Origin: a virus | Taxonomy: Monodnaviria; Loebvirae; Hofneiviricota; Faserviricetes; Tubulavirales; Inoviridae | Direction: 5' to 3' (one strand) | IMG/VR virus record: IMGVR_UViG_2541047905_000001 | DNA: 11,544 bases | Shown here: positions 1-6,527 of the stretch, piece by piece | Position numbering within the stretch: the first letter of the stretch is position 1 | Layout of the letters: every line of letters begins with the position of its first letter | Made by a program: the position numbers and the translations under genes | Notes under the pieces: model-generated | Databases searched by the model: none | What the model was told of the DNA's origin: nothing | What the model saw: only the letters and a program-made list of their open reading frames with translations

Positions 1-327
1 TCATTTTTTCCAGAGGCGGTCGAACTCCGCCTTCGCAAAATAAGCGGAAGCCTGGCGAAGGATATCGTTACTGCGGCGCAGTTCACGATTTTCACGTTCC
101 AGCTCTTTCAGACGCTGACGTTCAGCGGTGGTGAGCCCTCCATCACCGCCCCCGGTATCCCGCTCATGCTGGCGAACCCAGACACGCAGAGTCTCCGGCG
201 TACAGCCAATCTTTGGAGCAATGGAACAAATTGTCGCCCATTGTGAGTCATATTCGCCCTGACTTTCCAGAACCATACGGACTGCCCGTTGACGGACTTC
301 AGGGGAAAAACGAGTATTTTTAGTCAT
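1..327 (-). CDS. IS3-family transposase OrfA (IS629/IS1203-like), 108 aa, HTH DNA-binding subunit
   Basis: Translation [61 protein letters not shown]...[36 protein letters not shown] matches my memory of IS629 OrfA. A leucine-zipper-like C-terminus and an A-rich slippery run near the 3-prime end (AAAAAAT near positions 4-10, minus strand) fit a programmed frameshift into orfB. Confidence 0.9.
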   Translation of the reverse strand: MTKNTRFSPEVRQRAVRMVLESQGEYDSQWATICSIAPKIGCTPETLRVWVRQHERDTGGGDGGLTTAERQRLKELERENRELRRSNDILRQASAYFAKAEFDRLWKK

Positions 328-381
328 CCTGTTTACCTCTTTCTCAGGAAGTTTAGTCTCCAGGATTCCCGGGGCGGTTCA
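1..381 (-). mobile_element. Partial IS629-like (IS3 family) insertion sequence: left end only, element continues past the window start
   Basis: Seen: complete orfA at 1-327 (minus). The minus-strand reading of 328-381 begins TGAACCGCCCCGGGAATCCTGGAGACTAAACTTCC, which I recall as the IS629/IS1203 terminal inverted repeat (IS3-family elements start 5-prime TG). orfB would lie beyond position 1. Confidence 0.85.
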
Positions 382-666
382 ATCAGCGATCTCAAACTGG
401 CAATGGGGCTTAACGCATCCAAAGGCAAAAAAACGGCAATCGATAAAATTTATCCGCGACATTTTTTGGCGACAGCAAAGGTGCTGAGATTCCCGGAAGT
501 GCAGATGCATGAAATCCTGAGTGACTTTGCCAGAATGATTCCAGCAGCACTGGATAACGTGAAGACTTCATTACCGACAGATTTTCCGGAGAACGTGGTG
601 ACGGCAGTTGAAAGCAATGTGTTGAGGTTGCATGGACGGTTAAGCCGAGAATACGGTAGTAAGTGA
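382..666 (+). pseudogene. Possible 3-prime fragment of a gene truncated by the IS629 insertion (alternatively a small ORF starting at ATG 403); function unknown
   Basis: The frame is open from the IS boundary (381/382) to the stop at 664-666 and the translation (…KIYPRHFLATAKVLRFPEVQMHEILSDFARMIPAALDNVKTSLPTDFPENVVTAVESNVLRLHGRLSREYGSK) looks protein-like. No convincing RBS precedes the internal ATG at 403. I do not recognise the family. Confidence 0.3.
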
Positions 667-742
667 GATATGGGGTTTGGTCATTGTTAATGAGCATGAC
701 AATCATGACCGCCAACGACTGGATTCTTCCTTGGTTTATATT

Positions 743-775
743 GGTGCGCATAATGTACGACTCGTTATGTTGAAA
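743..775 (+). other. dif-like XerC/XerD recombination site with an expanded central region; candidate prophage (IMEX) junction
   Basis: Seen: GGTGCGCATAA-TGTACGACTCG-TTATGTTGAAA. From memory, E. coli dif is GGTGCGCATAA-TGTATA-TTATGTTAAAT. The XerC arm is identical (11/11), the first four central bases match, the XerD arm matches 9/11, and the central region is 11 bp instead of 6. Confidence 0.55.
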
Positions 776-809
776 AGGCCGCTGCGAAAATCGAATCCCG
801 CAGCGGCCT
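776..809. terminator. Strong GC-rich hairpin (11-bp perfect stem, 12-nt loop) between convergent genes; probable bidirectional terminator
   Basis: Seen: AGGCCGCTGCG (776-786) pairs perfectly with CGCAGCGGCCT (799-809). It lies downstream of the minus-strand gene ending at 843 and downstream of the plus-strand ORF ending at 666. The U-tracts are weak on both strands (CTTTA on plus, TTTCAACA on minus). Confidence 0.5.
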
Positions 810-842
810 CTTTAGCATAACGTCATTGTGCGAACCAATTAT

Positions 843-1109
843 TTAGTCCTGCTGTCGACCAGGGGCATCATAACCTTGTCTTTTTCGCCATGCTTTTTCA
901 CCTCTCTCCCATATAACCGTGTCATTAGTTAGCTTTCTAAATTTCGCTAATACTTTTTTATCAATGGATAAATTTCCATTAGCATTCAAATATACGAAAG
1001 TATCGCCAAATAACTCTTTTATTTTATATACAACAGTTTCTTGATATAGCCAGTTTGTGTTTTCCAGCTCTGATTTCATCCATTGTGCAACATCATCTAC
1101 AGTAGCCAT
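843..1109 (-). CDS. Hypothetical 88-aa protein; downstream partner of the nuclease-like gene in an AT-rich two-gene cassette
   Basis: ORF with an AGGA-containing RBS (AAAAGGACATAT then ATG) 10 bp after the stop of the upstream gene, which indicates co-transcription. Soluble, charged, basic C-terminus (KAWRKRQGYDAPGRQQD). Family not recognised. Confidence 0.6.
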   Translation of the reverse strand: MATVDDVAQWMKSELENTNWLYQETVVYKIKELFGDTFVYLNANGNLSIDKKVLAKFRKLTNDTVIWERGEKAWRKRQGYDAPGRQQD

Positions 1110-1119
1110 ATATGTCCTT

Positions 1120-1914
1120 TTATTTTGGTGAGATTATTACTTTTACCGAAATTGAATTTGTACAACGCTCAAGGTCATTCTCCACACCAATTGGATTGGC
1201 AATTCTACCTTCAGGGTCATATACAAAACACACTAAAGTTTCGCAATCAGGATGCGTTTGATAATGAGCTATATCAACAATTAATTGCTCACCAACTTCT
1301 TTTTGCTTGAGATTTTTTCTCGTTTTCTTTAACTCGATAATGATTTTTTCATTCTTTAACAAGAAGTCAACTCGTGTTGAAGATCCTGCATAGCTTGGCG
1401 TATATTCTTCTGGTCTGACATCCTCGAAATGAATCTTCAAAAGAGCATGAAATAAATCCTGAACGTCATATTCGTCATTTATTTCAATGGTTTGTCTATT
1501 ATCGTGTCGTTGCTGTAGCTGTCTTGCAACCTTATGAAATTGATGGCAAATTAGTTCAACAAGAGCTACGGGATCATTTTTTGTCTCTATGAAATTCCCG
1601 TCAATTCCATATTCTTCAATCTCAGCAATCATAGACGTAAGAAGAGAATGTGCTTCATCTAAACCACTACAAAATGCGTTATCGAAAACATAATCTGGTG
1701 TATCACCAACAAATGCCATTAAAGAGTATCGAATTGAGCCAAATTCTTTTTTGTGATCTGACTCTTCACCAAATATTTTTGATATGGCGGTCTTAGTGTT
1801 TCTTTGCCATAAGTTAAAACTTGGGTTATTTCCTGTACTCCTTCGTTCATTTTGTATTGCTGGGATTTGCTCCCGTTGTCTTTTTAATATCTCGATAGCT
1901 TTTTCTGGCTTCAT
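1120..1914 (-). CDS. Hypothetical 264-aa protein with an alpha-helical N-terminal region and a C-terminal PD-(D/E)xK-type nuclease-like motif; candidate defence or abortive-infection effector
   Basis: Strong RBS (GAGGAAAGATA then ATG at 1914). The translation contains the motif order typical of the restriction-endonuclease-like fold: ...IHFEDVRPEE...STRVDFLLKNEKIIIELKKT... (candidate D183, E194, K196) followed by Q210...Y218. The coding sequence is conspicuously AT-rich compared with the flanking IS and phage DNA. The fold assignment is inferred from the motif, not from a search. Confidence 0.6.
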   Translation of the reverse strand: MKPEKAIEILKRQREQIPAIQNERRSTGNNPSFNLWQRNTKTAISKIFGEESDHKKEFGSIRYSLMAFVGDTPDYVFDNAFCSGLDEAHSLLTSMIAEIEEYGIDGNFIETKNDPVALVELICHQFHKVARQLQQRHDNRQTIEINDEYDVQDLFHALLKIHFEDVRPEEYTPSYAGSSTRVDFLLKNEKIIIELKKTRKNLKQKEVGEQLIVDIAHYQTHPDCETLVCFVYDPEGRIANPIGVENDLERCTNSISVKVIISPK

Positions 1915-1980
1915 TATCTTTCCTCAAGACTAAAAAATAACCACTCTGAACTTCACCGCTGATATATGGAGCAAAATTGC

Positions 1981-2403
1981 TTACCAATAATAAGAGTTTC
2001 TTCTGTGCCACCAATAAAGCAGACCGTATCCGACGATAAGAATACCGAAAAACATTAACGACATTCCCCAGCCAGTTCCGTACCACGAAACCATATCATC
2101 GAAAACCAACCCACCCATTTCACGTACTCCGGCAGCTTCCTTAAGAATTGGTTTGAATACCGGAATCAGAAGGGCGATCGCCAGTGGAGCACCCCAGCGA
2201 ACAAGGCCTGTTTCCATTTTGATCCCGAAAAAGATCCCCGCCCCAACAACAAGCAGCCAGACTATCAGGCCAGGCGCAGTTTCCAGTGCTGTTTGCCATT
2301 CAACATCGAAAGTTTTCATTAGCCAGGCAACAACTGCCAGACAGAAAGCAAATACGCCGACGACAACCAGTTCAACGCCGCTTGTTTCGTTATTTCTACT
2401 CAT
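1981..2403 (-). CDS. Hypothetical multi-pass inner-membrane protein, 140 aa
   Basis: Translation shows several hydrophobic segments (VELVVVGVFAFCLAVVAWL, GLIVWLLVVGAGIFFGI, APLAIALLIPVF, MSLMFFGILIVGYGLLYWW). Same strand as, and upstream of, the nuclease-like gene with a 66-bp gap. RBS AAAAGGA precedes the ATG. Confidence 0.6.
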   Translation of the reverse strand: MSRNNETSGVELVVVGVFAFCLAVVAWLMKTFDVEWQTALETAPGLIVWLLVVGAGIFFGIKMETGLVRWGAPLAIALLIPVFKPILKEAAGVREMGGLVFDDMVSWYGTGWGMSLMFFGILIVGYGLLYWWHRRNSYYW

Positions 2404-2445
2404 CCTTTTGATCCTTTTTTACTGTTCAAAATTCGCACAATAAAG

Positions 2446-2474
2446 AACGTGCAGTGTTGGTAATACTGCACGTT
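2446..2474. repeat. 10-bp perfect inverted repeat with 9-nt loop between the regulator and membrane-protein genes; candidate terminator or operator
   Basis: Seen: AACGTGCAGT (2446-2455), loop GTTGGTAAT, ACTGCACGTT (2465-2474). On the minus strand it is followed by CTTTATTG. Confidence 0.4.
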
Positions 2475-2502
2475 TGTCTCATTCCTGAGACTGTTAATCC
2501 TT

Positions 2503-2949
2503 TTACTCTTCTCCAGACACCGCTTTTTTCATAAACATTTTAGTACTGTAAGTGTATGAACTTAATGCAGAAACCTGCCTTGCGAGTGCCAGAATATCTT
2601 GTTTTTCCAGTGTCCTGATGTTCCACACGATGAAATTATGTGCGTTAGTGGTTTCTTCATCAGTATATCCATCCGCAGAAGTGATTAGCTTCCGCTCGGT
2701 AGCTTCTTCTTTAACATCAAGAGCATAGCCATAAGCTAAGGTGTTTAAGTCTGCACCCGTAATTTTAGCTATCTGAATGATGTCACTGAATTTAGGTTCA
2801 GTTTTGCCGGACGCTATCCTGACCAGCGTACTCACGCTAATGCCAGTCTTCTCGGCCAGTTCTTCATAAGTCGAGTGTTCCAGAATTACCTTTTTGATAC
2901 GTTCTGCTCTCTGTTTGTCCGCCATAACTTCATGCTCATTGTTGCCCAT
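2503..2949 (-). CDS. XRE-family helix-turn-helix transcriptional regulator, 148 aa; probable prophage repressor transcribed divergently from gII
   Basis: HTH signature in the N-terminal third (STYEELAEKTGISVSTLVRIASGKTEPKFSDIIQIAKITGADLNTLAYG). Its position and divergent orientation relative to the replication gene resemble repressors of filamentous prophages such as RstR of CTXphi. GGAG lies 9 nt upstream of the ATG at 2949; an alternative start at Met9 is possible. Confidence 0.75.
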   Translation of the reverse strand: MGNNEHEVMADKQRAERIKKVILEHSTYEELAEKTGISVSTLVRIASGKTEPKFSDIIQIAKITGADLNTLAYGYALDVKEEATERKLITSADGYTDEETTNAHNFIVWNIRTLEKQDILALARQVSALSSYTYSTKMFMKKAVSGEE

Positions 2950-3120
2950 CTACTTGGCTCCATCTTAACAGTGGTTTTTCAATAGTTAGATTTGATGCTC
3001 ATTTCTGACAATTTAAACATTGCAAATGTATTGACTGTCAGATCTGAGCATATTACATTGTGACCATTCAATCTGCTCACAAATGACTATTGACACATAT
3101 TTTGATGGGTGTGACTACTT
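2950..3120. promoter_or_regulatory. Divergent intergenic control region between the repressor and gII; probably holds the promoters, operators and the plus-strand origin
   Basis: 171-bp AT-rich spacer between divergent start codons. It contains TTGACT (3031-3036), several TGAC-containing half-sites, and a motif resembling the Ff gene-II nick site at 2964-2989. Exact -10/-35 assignments are not secure. Confidence 0.4.
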
Positions 3121-3711
3121 ATGATCGACTGGTTTACCGGAATCCTGCCTTGCACACACCGACCGTTACCGGCTGGTAGTGTCGTCAGCGTCGATGCTGA
3201 CGGTGCAGTGGAGTGGGAAACAGTAAAACGGTTGACCGTTCGCGGTTCGCATGAGTCCACAATGAAAGTAAGGTCTGTTGGATCTGATGGTGAAGGTAGG
3301 GCAACACATCTCTACATTGACGGTAATCCATCAAAGTTTTTGCAAGGTCACTCTGTTATCGGTTCCGACGATTTGCAAGGGTTGGTGTTAACAGCTTACG
3401 CCAGAATATTGGCATTACTGCATATTCCTCATGATCTACCATCCTATCGGCAGGTCATGGAAGGGCAATTTAAGATCTCGCGCATCGATATCAATTACAT
3501 GTATTCATTGTCAACATTAGAAAATGTCCGCGCATGGTTATATGCCGCAGAATTTAAAGCTAAAACTCGCCACGGTCGCGCCTGTGGTAAAGGTGGCACT
3601 GTTTACTTAGGGAAAAACTCCCGTCGTTGGAGCCTGAAATTTTATTCAAAATATGATGAGCATACATCTGGCAAAAAAGGGCACCAGATGGCAGTAATGC
3701 CAGTCAGTTAA
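3121..3711 (+). pseudogene. Filamentous-phage replication initiation protein (Ff gII-like), N-terminal fragment, interrupted by IS4 after codon 191
   Basis: Translation starts MID... and contains KFLQGHSVIGSDDL and ISRIDINY, matching the M13 pII segments KVLQGHNVFGTTDL and ISRIDATF as I recall them. Native coding sequence ends at 3694; the last five codons (VMPVS, stop) are read from IS4 sequence. Confidence 0.9.
3682..3694. repeat. Left copy of the 13-bp target-site duplication (CACCAGATGGCAG) made by IS4 insertion
   Basis: Identical 13-mer abuts both ends of the IS at 3682-3694 and 5121-5133. Confidence 0.85.
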
Positions 3712-5120
3712 GCAACTGACTGGCTCTTTTTCGGGGCTGTGGGGTATTTCCAGGGCCTCTCCTTTACCACTCTCGGGAAGGCCCTTTCCCTTCTTGTCGG
3801 TAATTTCACAAGTTGTCCCATACTTGCAAGATCGCGCATCAGCTCCGGTATACGTCCCGGTGAAGCGCCCTGCAATGTCATCAGCATTCTCATCACCATT
3901 CCGCATGATTCTGAGAAACTCAGTTGATTCGGCCAGTAACCTTTCAGATGTTCCGCCATTTTAATCATCTGATATCTCACCAGATTATAAGCCAGTAAGA
4001 CACCCCACAGCTCTTGCTCCACAAGCTCCGGCTTTTTACTTCTCAGCGTCAGCCTGCTCCGTTGCATCGTCTGTTTTATCTCCCTGTATCCCAGTTCGAT
4101 TTCCCAGCGATGACTGTACAGATCCCCCATTTCTCCTCCGGGGAAGCGCATGGCGTCCGTCATCGACGTCAGCAGATGGCAGACTTTTCCTTTGCGCGTC
4201 ACGGTCAGCAGGCGGGCAGTCACTTCATTTCCCAGTCCCGGCCACTTTTTTCGTGCCTGCGGGCTGGTTTTCAGCTTCACCAGATGATCGCCTTTACCCA
4301 GTTTTCTGATCTCTTCATATTGCGCTCCCTTTCTGAGAGGTATCATCCAGTGGCGGTGTTCTCCCGCCAGGCTCCAGGCATTTAACAGTCCCAGTGAGTA
4401 ATAACCTTTATCCATTAACGTCAGAGTGTTATCGCCGGTTTGTTCTATAAGTTGCTCAGCAAGCTCATTTTCGCTGTTCTTCATCGTGCCGAAGGCTGCA
4501 GCCGTCAGCAGATGGCTGGTCAGTTCCATCTGGCAGACCATTTTGACCTGCGGGTAGAGCGCCGGGTTCCCGGCATGTGTCTGGCGGGGGAAGGCTGCAT
4601 CGTTCTCTGGTGTATCCGGTGTGCGCCAGAACACACCATCGATGGCCAGCAGGGTCAGGCCGCACCAGTGCGGATGCGGCGTGGCGTTATGCCAGAGCTG
4701 CGCTGTTTTCGTGAACACGCGGCGGACAGCCTCACTTCCCAGGCGCTGGCGGGCCTGAATAACGGCACTGGGGGCAACGAAGGGGCGATTGCCCGGCAGC
4801 ATGATGTCCAGGCGATTCACAATCTGGTGAAGAGGTTCTTTACGCTCAAGCGCCATGCCAACAATACACCAGACCATCATTTCGAGGGGAAGACGGCGCT
4901 TGCGTAGCGTTACAGTACCTGATTCGGCAAGGCAACGAGAGATGAGTTCGGGGTCGAGGTAATCCCCCAGAGAAGTCAGTGGGTTACGCAGAGAATCGTA
5001 ACGGGATACCAGATCAAGAGCCTGTCCAATGTGCATAAAAAAATCCGGAAACAAGTGAGCGTTTCCGGATTCTTACACAGCCACTGGATCGGTCAACTGA
5101 TCCTTAACTGATCGGCATTA
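3695..5120 (-). mobile_element. Complete IS4 insertion sequence (1426 bp) inserted in gII
   Basis: 18-bp terminal inverted repeats TAATGCCAGTCAGTTAAG (3695-3712) and the reverse complement of 5103-5120 (TAATGCCGATCAGTTAAG), 16/18 identical. Single transposase ORF. The 1426-bp length matches my memory of IS4. Flanked by the 13-bp direct repeat. Confidence 0.95.
3708..5036 (-). CDS. insG: IS4 transposase, 442 aa, DDE family
   Basis: Translation from [70 protein letters not shown]... to ...[13 protein letters not shown] matches my memory of E. coli IS4 InsG. The ORF track begins six codons earlier (MFPDFF); I take Met7 as the true start. Confidence 0.95.
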   Translation of the reverse strand: MHIGQALDLVSRYDSLRNPLTSLGDYLDPELISRCLAESGTVTLRKRRLPLEMMVWCIVGMALERKEPLHQIVNRLDIMLPGNRPFVAPSAVIQARQRLGSEAVRRVFTKTAQLWHNATPHPHWCGLTLLAIDGVFWRTPDTPENDAAFPRQTHAGNPALYPQVKMVCQMELTSHLLTAAAFGTMKNSENELAEQLIEQTGDNTLTLMDKGYYSLGLLNAWSLAGEHRHWMIPLRKGAQYEEIRKLGKGDHLVKLKTSPQARKKWPGLGNEVTARLLTVTRKGKVCHLLTSMTDAMRFPGGEMGDLYSHRWEIELGYREIKQTMQRSRLTLRSKKPELVEQELWGVLLAYNLVRYQMIKMAEHLKGYWPNQLSFSESCGMVMRMLMTLQGASPGRIPELMRDLASMGQLVKLPTRRERAFPRVVKERPWKYPTAPKKSQSVA

Positions 5121-5133
5121 CACCAGATGGCAG
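5121..5133. repeat. Right copy of the 13-bp IS4 target-site duplication
   Basis: CACCAGATGGCAG, identical to 3682-3694. Confidence 0.85.
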
Positions 5134-5297
5134 ACGAATTCGTTAAAGCTGGTTTACTGGACTGGTCAAAAGATAAATTACGCATTGAATTAACATTAAG
5201 AACAACTGAATTAATTGATTTGAATCTTACGCTTGGTAATAGCTGGAATATTGAGACGCCCAATAAATTATTCTCTGACTATGTAGGGAGAATAGAA

Positions 5298-5612
5298 ATG
5301 AATCAAAACACTATATTAACTGATGAAAAAATAATTAATCTCCCAAGAAAAATACAGTCTACATATTTATTGTGGAAGCAGGGCGCGAACATGAAAGAGA
5401 TGTTACCGAAACCTACATTCTACCGACACCGTAAAGAATTACTTTCTTTCGGAATAGATATTAACTTTTATTGTGAGTCACCGGATTCTAATAACGTTGT
5501 TCCGTTGGTTCGTACTCTTGAAGCCAAACCAGCCAAAATTCCATCATGGGTTTATGAGAAAGGTTTAATTTTCGATTATAACCGTATTTCACATGCCAGT
5601 AACTGGCATTAA
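5298..5612 (+). CDS. Possible gX-like protein (in-frame internal restart within the gII C-terminal region), 104 aa
   Basis: In-frame ATG at 5298 preceded by a strong Shine-Dalgarno sequence (GGGAGAA at 5286-5292). In Ff phages pX is the C-terminal roughly 111 aa of pII made from an internal start. Inferred by analogy. Confidence 0.4.
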   Translation: MNQNTILTDEKIINLPRKIQSTYLLWKQGANMKEMLPKPTFYRHRKELLSFGIDINFYCESPDSNNVVPLVRTLEAKPAKIPSWVYEKGLIFDYNRISHASNWH

Positions 5613-5623
5613 AGGAGAGTGAT

Positions 5624-5941
5624 ATGTCTAATTATGGTCTTTTTGTAAAAGGTAAAATGCTTGGTGCTCGCCAGCGTAATAAGGTCAATGGTCAGGGATA
5701 CTATAATGAAATTGGTGTTGGCTTAGAGATTCCTGATGGTTTTGGCGGCACTAAGCAAGACCAGATTATTATTCGTGTATCTCAGGCTCTTGTTAATGCC
5801 GGTGTAATGAATCAGGCAAATAATTTTATCGGTAAGTTAGTCCAGATACCTGTATATGTTCGCGTCTGGTCAATGGAGGGGAGGGAAGGAGTAACTTATA
5901 ACATTTCATCAGATGGCGGCATTACTGAAATAAAAGGCTGA
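5624..5941 (+). CDS. Probable ssDNA-binding protein (gV-like), 105 aa
   Basis: Small soluble ORF immediately after gII with an AGGAG RBS, at the position gV occupies in Ff-type genomes. Assigned by synteny and size, not by recognisable sequence similarity. Confidence 0.5.
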   Translation: MSNYGLFVKGKMLGARQRNKVNGQGYYNEIGVGLEIPDGFGGTKQDQIIIRVSQALVNAGVMNQANNFIGKLVQIPVYVRVWSMEGREGVTYNISSDGGITEIKG

Positions 5942-5943
5942 TT

Positions 5944-6195
5944 ATGGATACATCAGGTTTCGATATTCAGTTTGATAATCATATTCCTGAAAATGGTTAC
6001 CGTATTGAAGGTTATTTATGTAATGCGAACAATGCAAAAGAATGTCAGGCAATAATGGTACGTTCTGAACCATTTCATCAAATTGATTATTCTGCAATGG
6101 GAAATTACTGGACATTAGGTTTTGGCTCTGTCCTGCTGCTCTGGCTTTTTTCTGTAGGTGTGGGACAGGTAATAAAGATGGTTCGTACTGCTTGA
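5944..6195 (+). CDS. Small protein with a C-terminal transmembrane helix, 83 aa; possible minor virion protein at the gVII/gIX position
   Basis: Start overlaps the gV stop (TGATTATG). C-terminal hydrophobic segment YWTLGFGSVLLLWLFSVGVGQVI followed by KMVRTA. Assigned by position only. Confidence 0.45.
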   Translation: MDTSGFDIQFDNHIPENGYRIEGYLCNANNAKECQAIMVRSEPFHQIDYSAMGNYWTLGFGSVLLLWLFSVGVGQVIKMVRTA

Positions 6196-6229
6196 ATGCG
6201 AACCTTTAAAATGTAATGGAGATAGAGTT

Positions 6230-6463
6230 ATGTTTAAAAAAATCGTTAGTTTTCTGGCTGTACCTGCATTAATGGCTGTTTCTGGCGCGACTTTCGCTGC
6301 AGAAGGAGCGGCATCAAGTGGTGTTGATTTATCGCCGCTGACGAACAGCATTGATTTCAGTACAGTTCTGGTTGCGATTATGGCCGTTGCTGCTTCACTG
6401 GTAACACTTTATGCCGGTGTCGCTGGCGTTCGCTGGGTATTGCGTACCGTTAAATCCGCATAA
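6230..6463 (+). CDS. Major coat protein precursor (gVIII-like), 77 aa
   Basis: Classic architecture: signal peptide MFKKIVSFLAVPALMAVSGATFA, acidic mature N-terminus AEGAASSGVD, a hydrophobic helix, and a basic C-terminus RWVLRTVKSA. GGAG RBS 8 nt upstream. Confidence 0.8.
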   Translation: MFKKIVSFLAVPALMAVSGATFAAEGAASSGVDLSPLTNSIDFSTVLVAIMAVAASLVTLYAGVAGVRWVLRTVKSA

Positions 6464-6476
6464 ATTCATTATTCAT

Positions 6477-6500
6477 GGGCGATGCAATATCGCCCGTTTT
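6477..6500 (+). terminator. Rho-independent terminator after the major coat gene
   Basis: Hairpin GGGCGAT (6477-6483), loop GCAAT, ATCGCCC (6489-6495), followed by GTTTT. Ff phages have a strong terminator just after gVIII. Confidence 0.6.
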
Positions 6501-6527
6501 ACTTGAGGTTATTATGGAGATTGAATT

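Larger units (their letters stand above)
5121..5612 (+). pseudogene. Ff gII-like replication protein, C-terminal fragment, in frame with the N-terminal fragment once IS4 and one duplication copy are removed
   Basis: Reading HQMADEFVKAG... continues the frame of the N-fragment (...KKGHQMA) across the duplicated 13-mer. The C-terminal region contains NNVVPLVRT, matching the M13 pII motif NNVVPLVRF. The reconstructed protein is about 350 aa. Confidence 0.85.

Noticed and set aside
410-751. 113-aa minus-strand ORF overlapping the plus-strand fragment and the dif-like site
   Set aside because: The translation is low-complexity and Ser/Pro/Leu-rich, there is no RBS, and it overlaps a more protein-like frame on the other strand. 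Probably spurious.
1083-1310. 75-aa plus-strand ORF antisense to the nuclease-like cassette
   Set aside because: Lies entirely within the two well-supported minus-strand genes, with no RBS. An antisense artefact of AT-rich sequence.
1497-1517. Possible HEPN-like Rx4-6H motif (RQLQQRH) in the 264-aa protein
   Set aside because: A short motif with no supporting context; easily produced by chance. The PD-(D/E)xK-like motif is the better-supported signal.
1847-2086. 79-aa minus-strand ORF spanning the membrane-gene/nuclease-gene junction
   Set aside because: Overlaps the 3-prime end of the membrane-protein gene and the 5-prime end of the nuclease-like gene in another frame. Not supported.
2153-2443. 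96-aa plus-strand ORF antisense to the membrane-protein gene
   Set aside because: Antisense to a gene with clear transmembrane segments; the translation is Thr/Ser/Pro-rich and low-complexity.
3090-3095. TTGACA hexamer 26 bp upstream of the gII start as a -35 element
   Set aside because: Too close to the start codon to fit a -10 element, transcription start and RBS. The gII promoter is more likely further upstream, near 3031-3060.
3646-4907. Several ORFs inside IS4 (3646-3906 minus, 3739-3927 plus, 4014-4385 plus, 4440-4907 plus, 4465-4665 minus)
   Set aside because: All lie within or antisense to the IS4 transposase gene, which is recognised over its full length. IS4 encodes a single transposase.
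6115-6351. 78-aa minus-strand ORF overlapping the coat-protein region
   Set aside because: Antisense to the gVIII precursor and the small upstream gene; no RBS.
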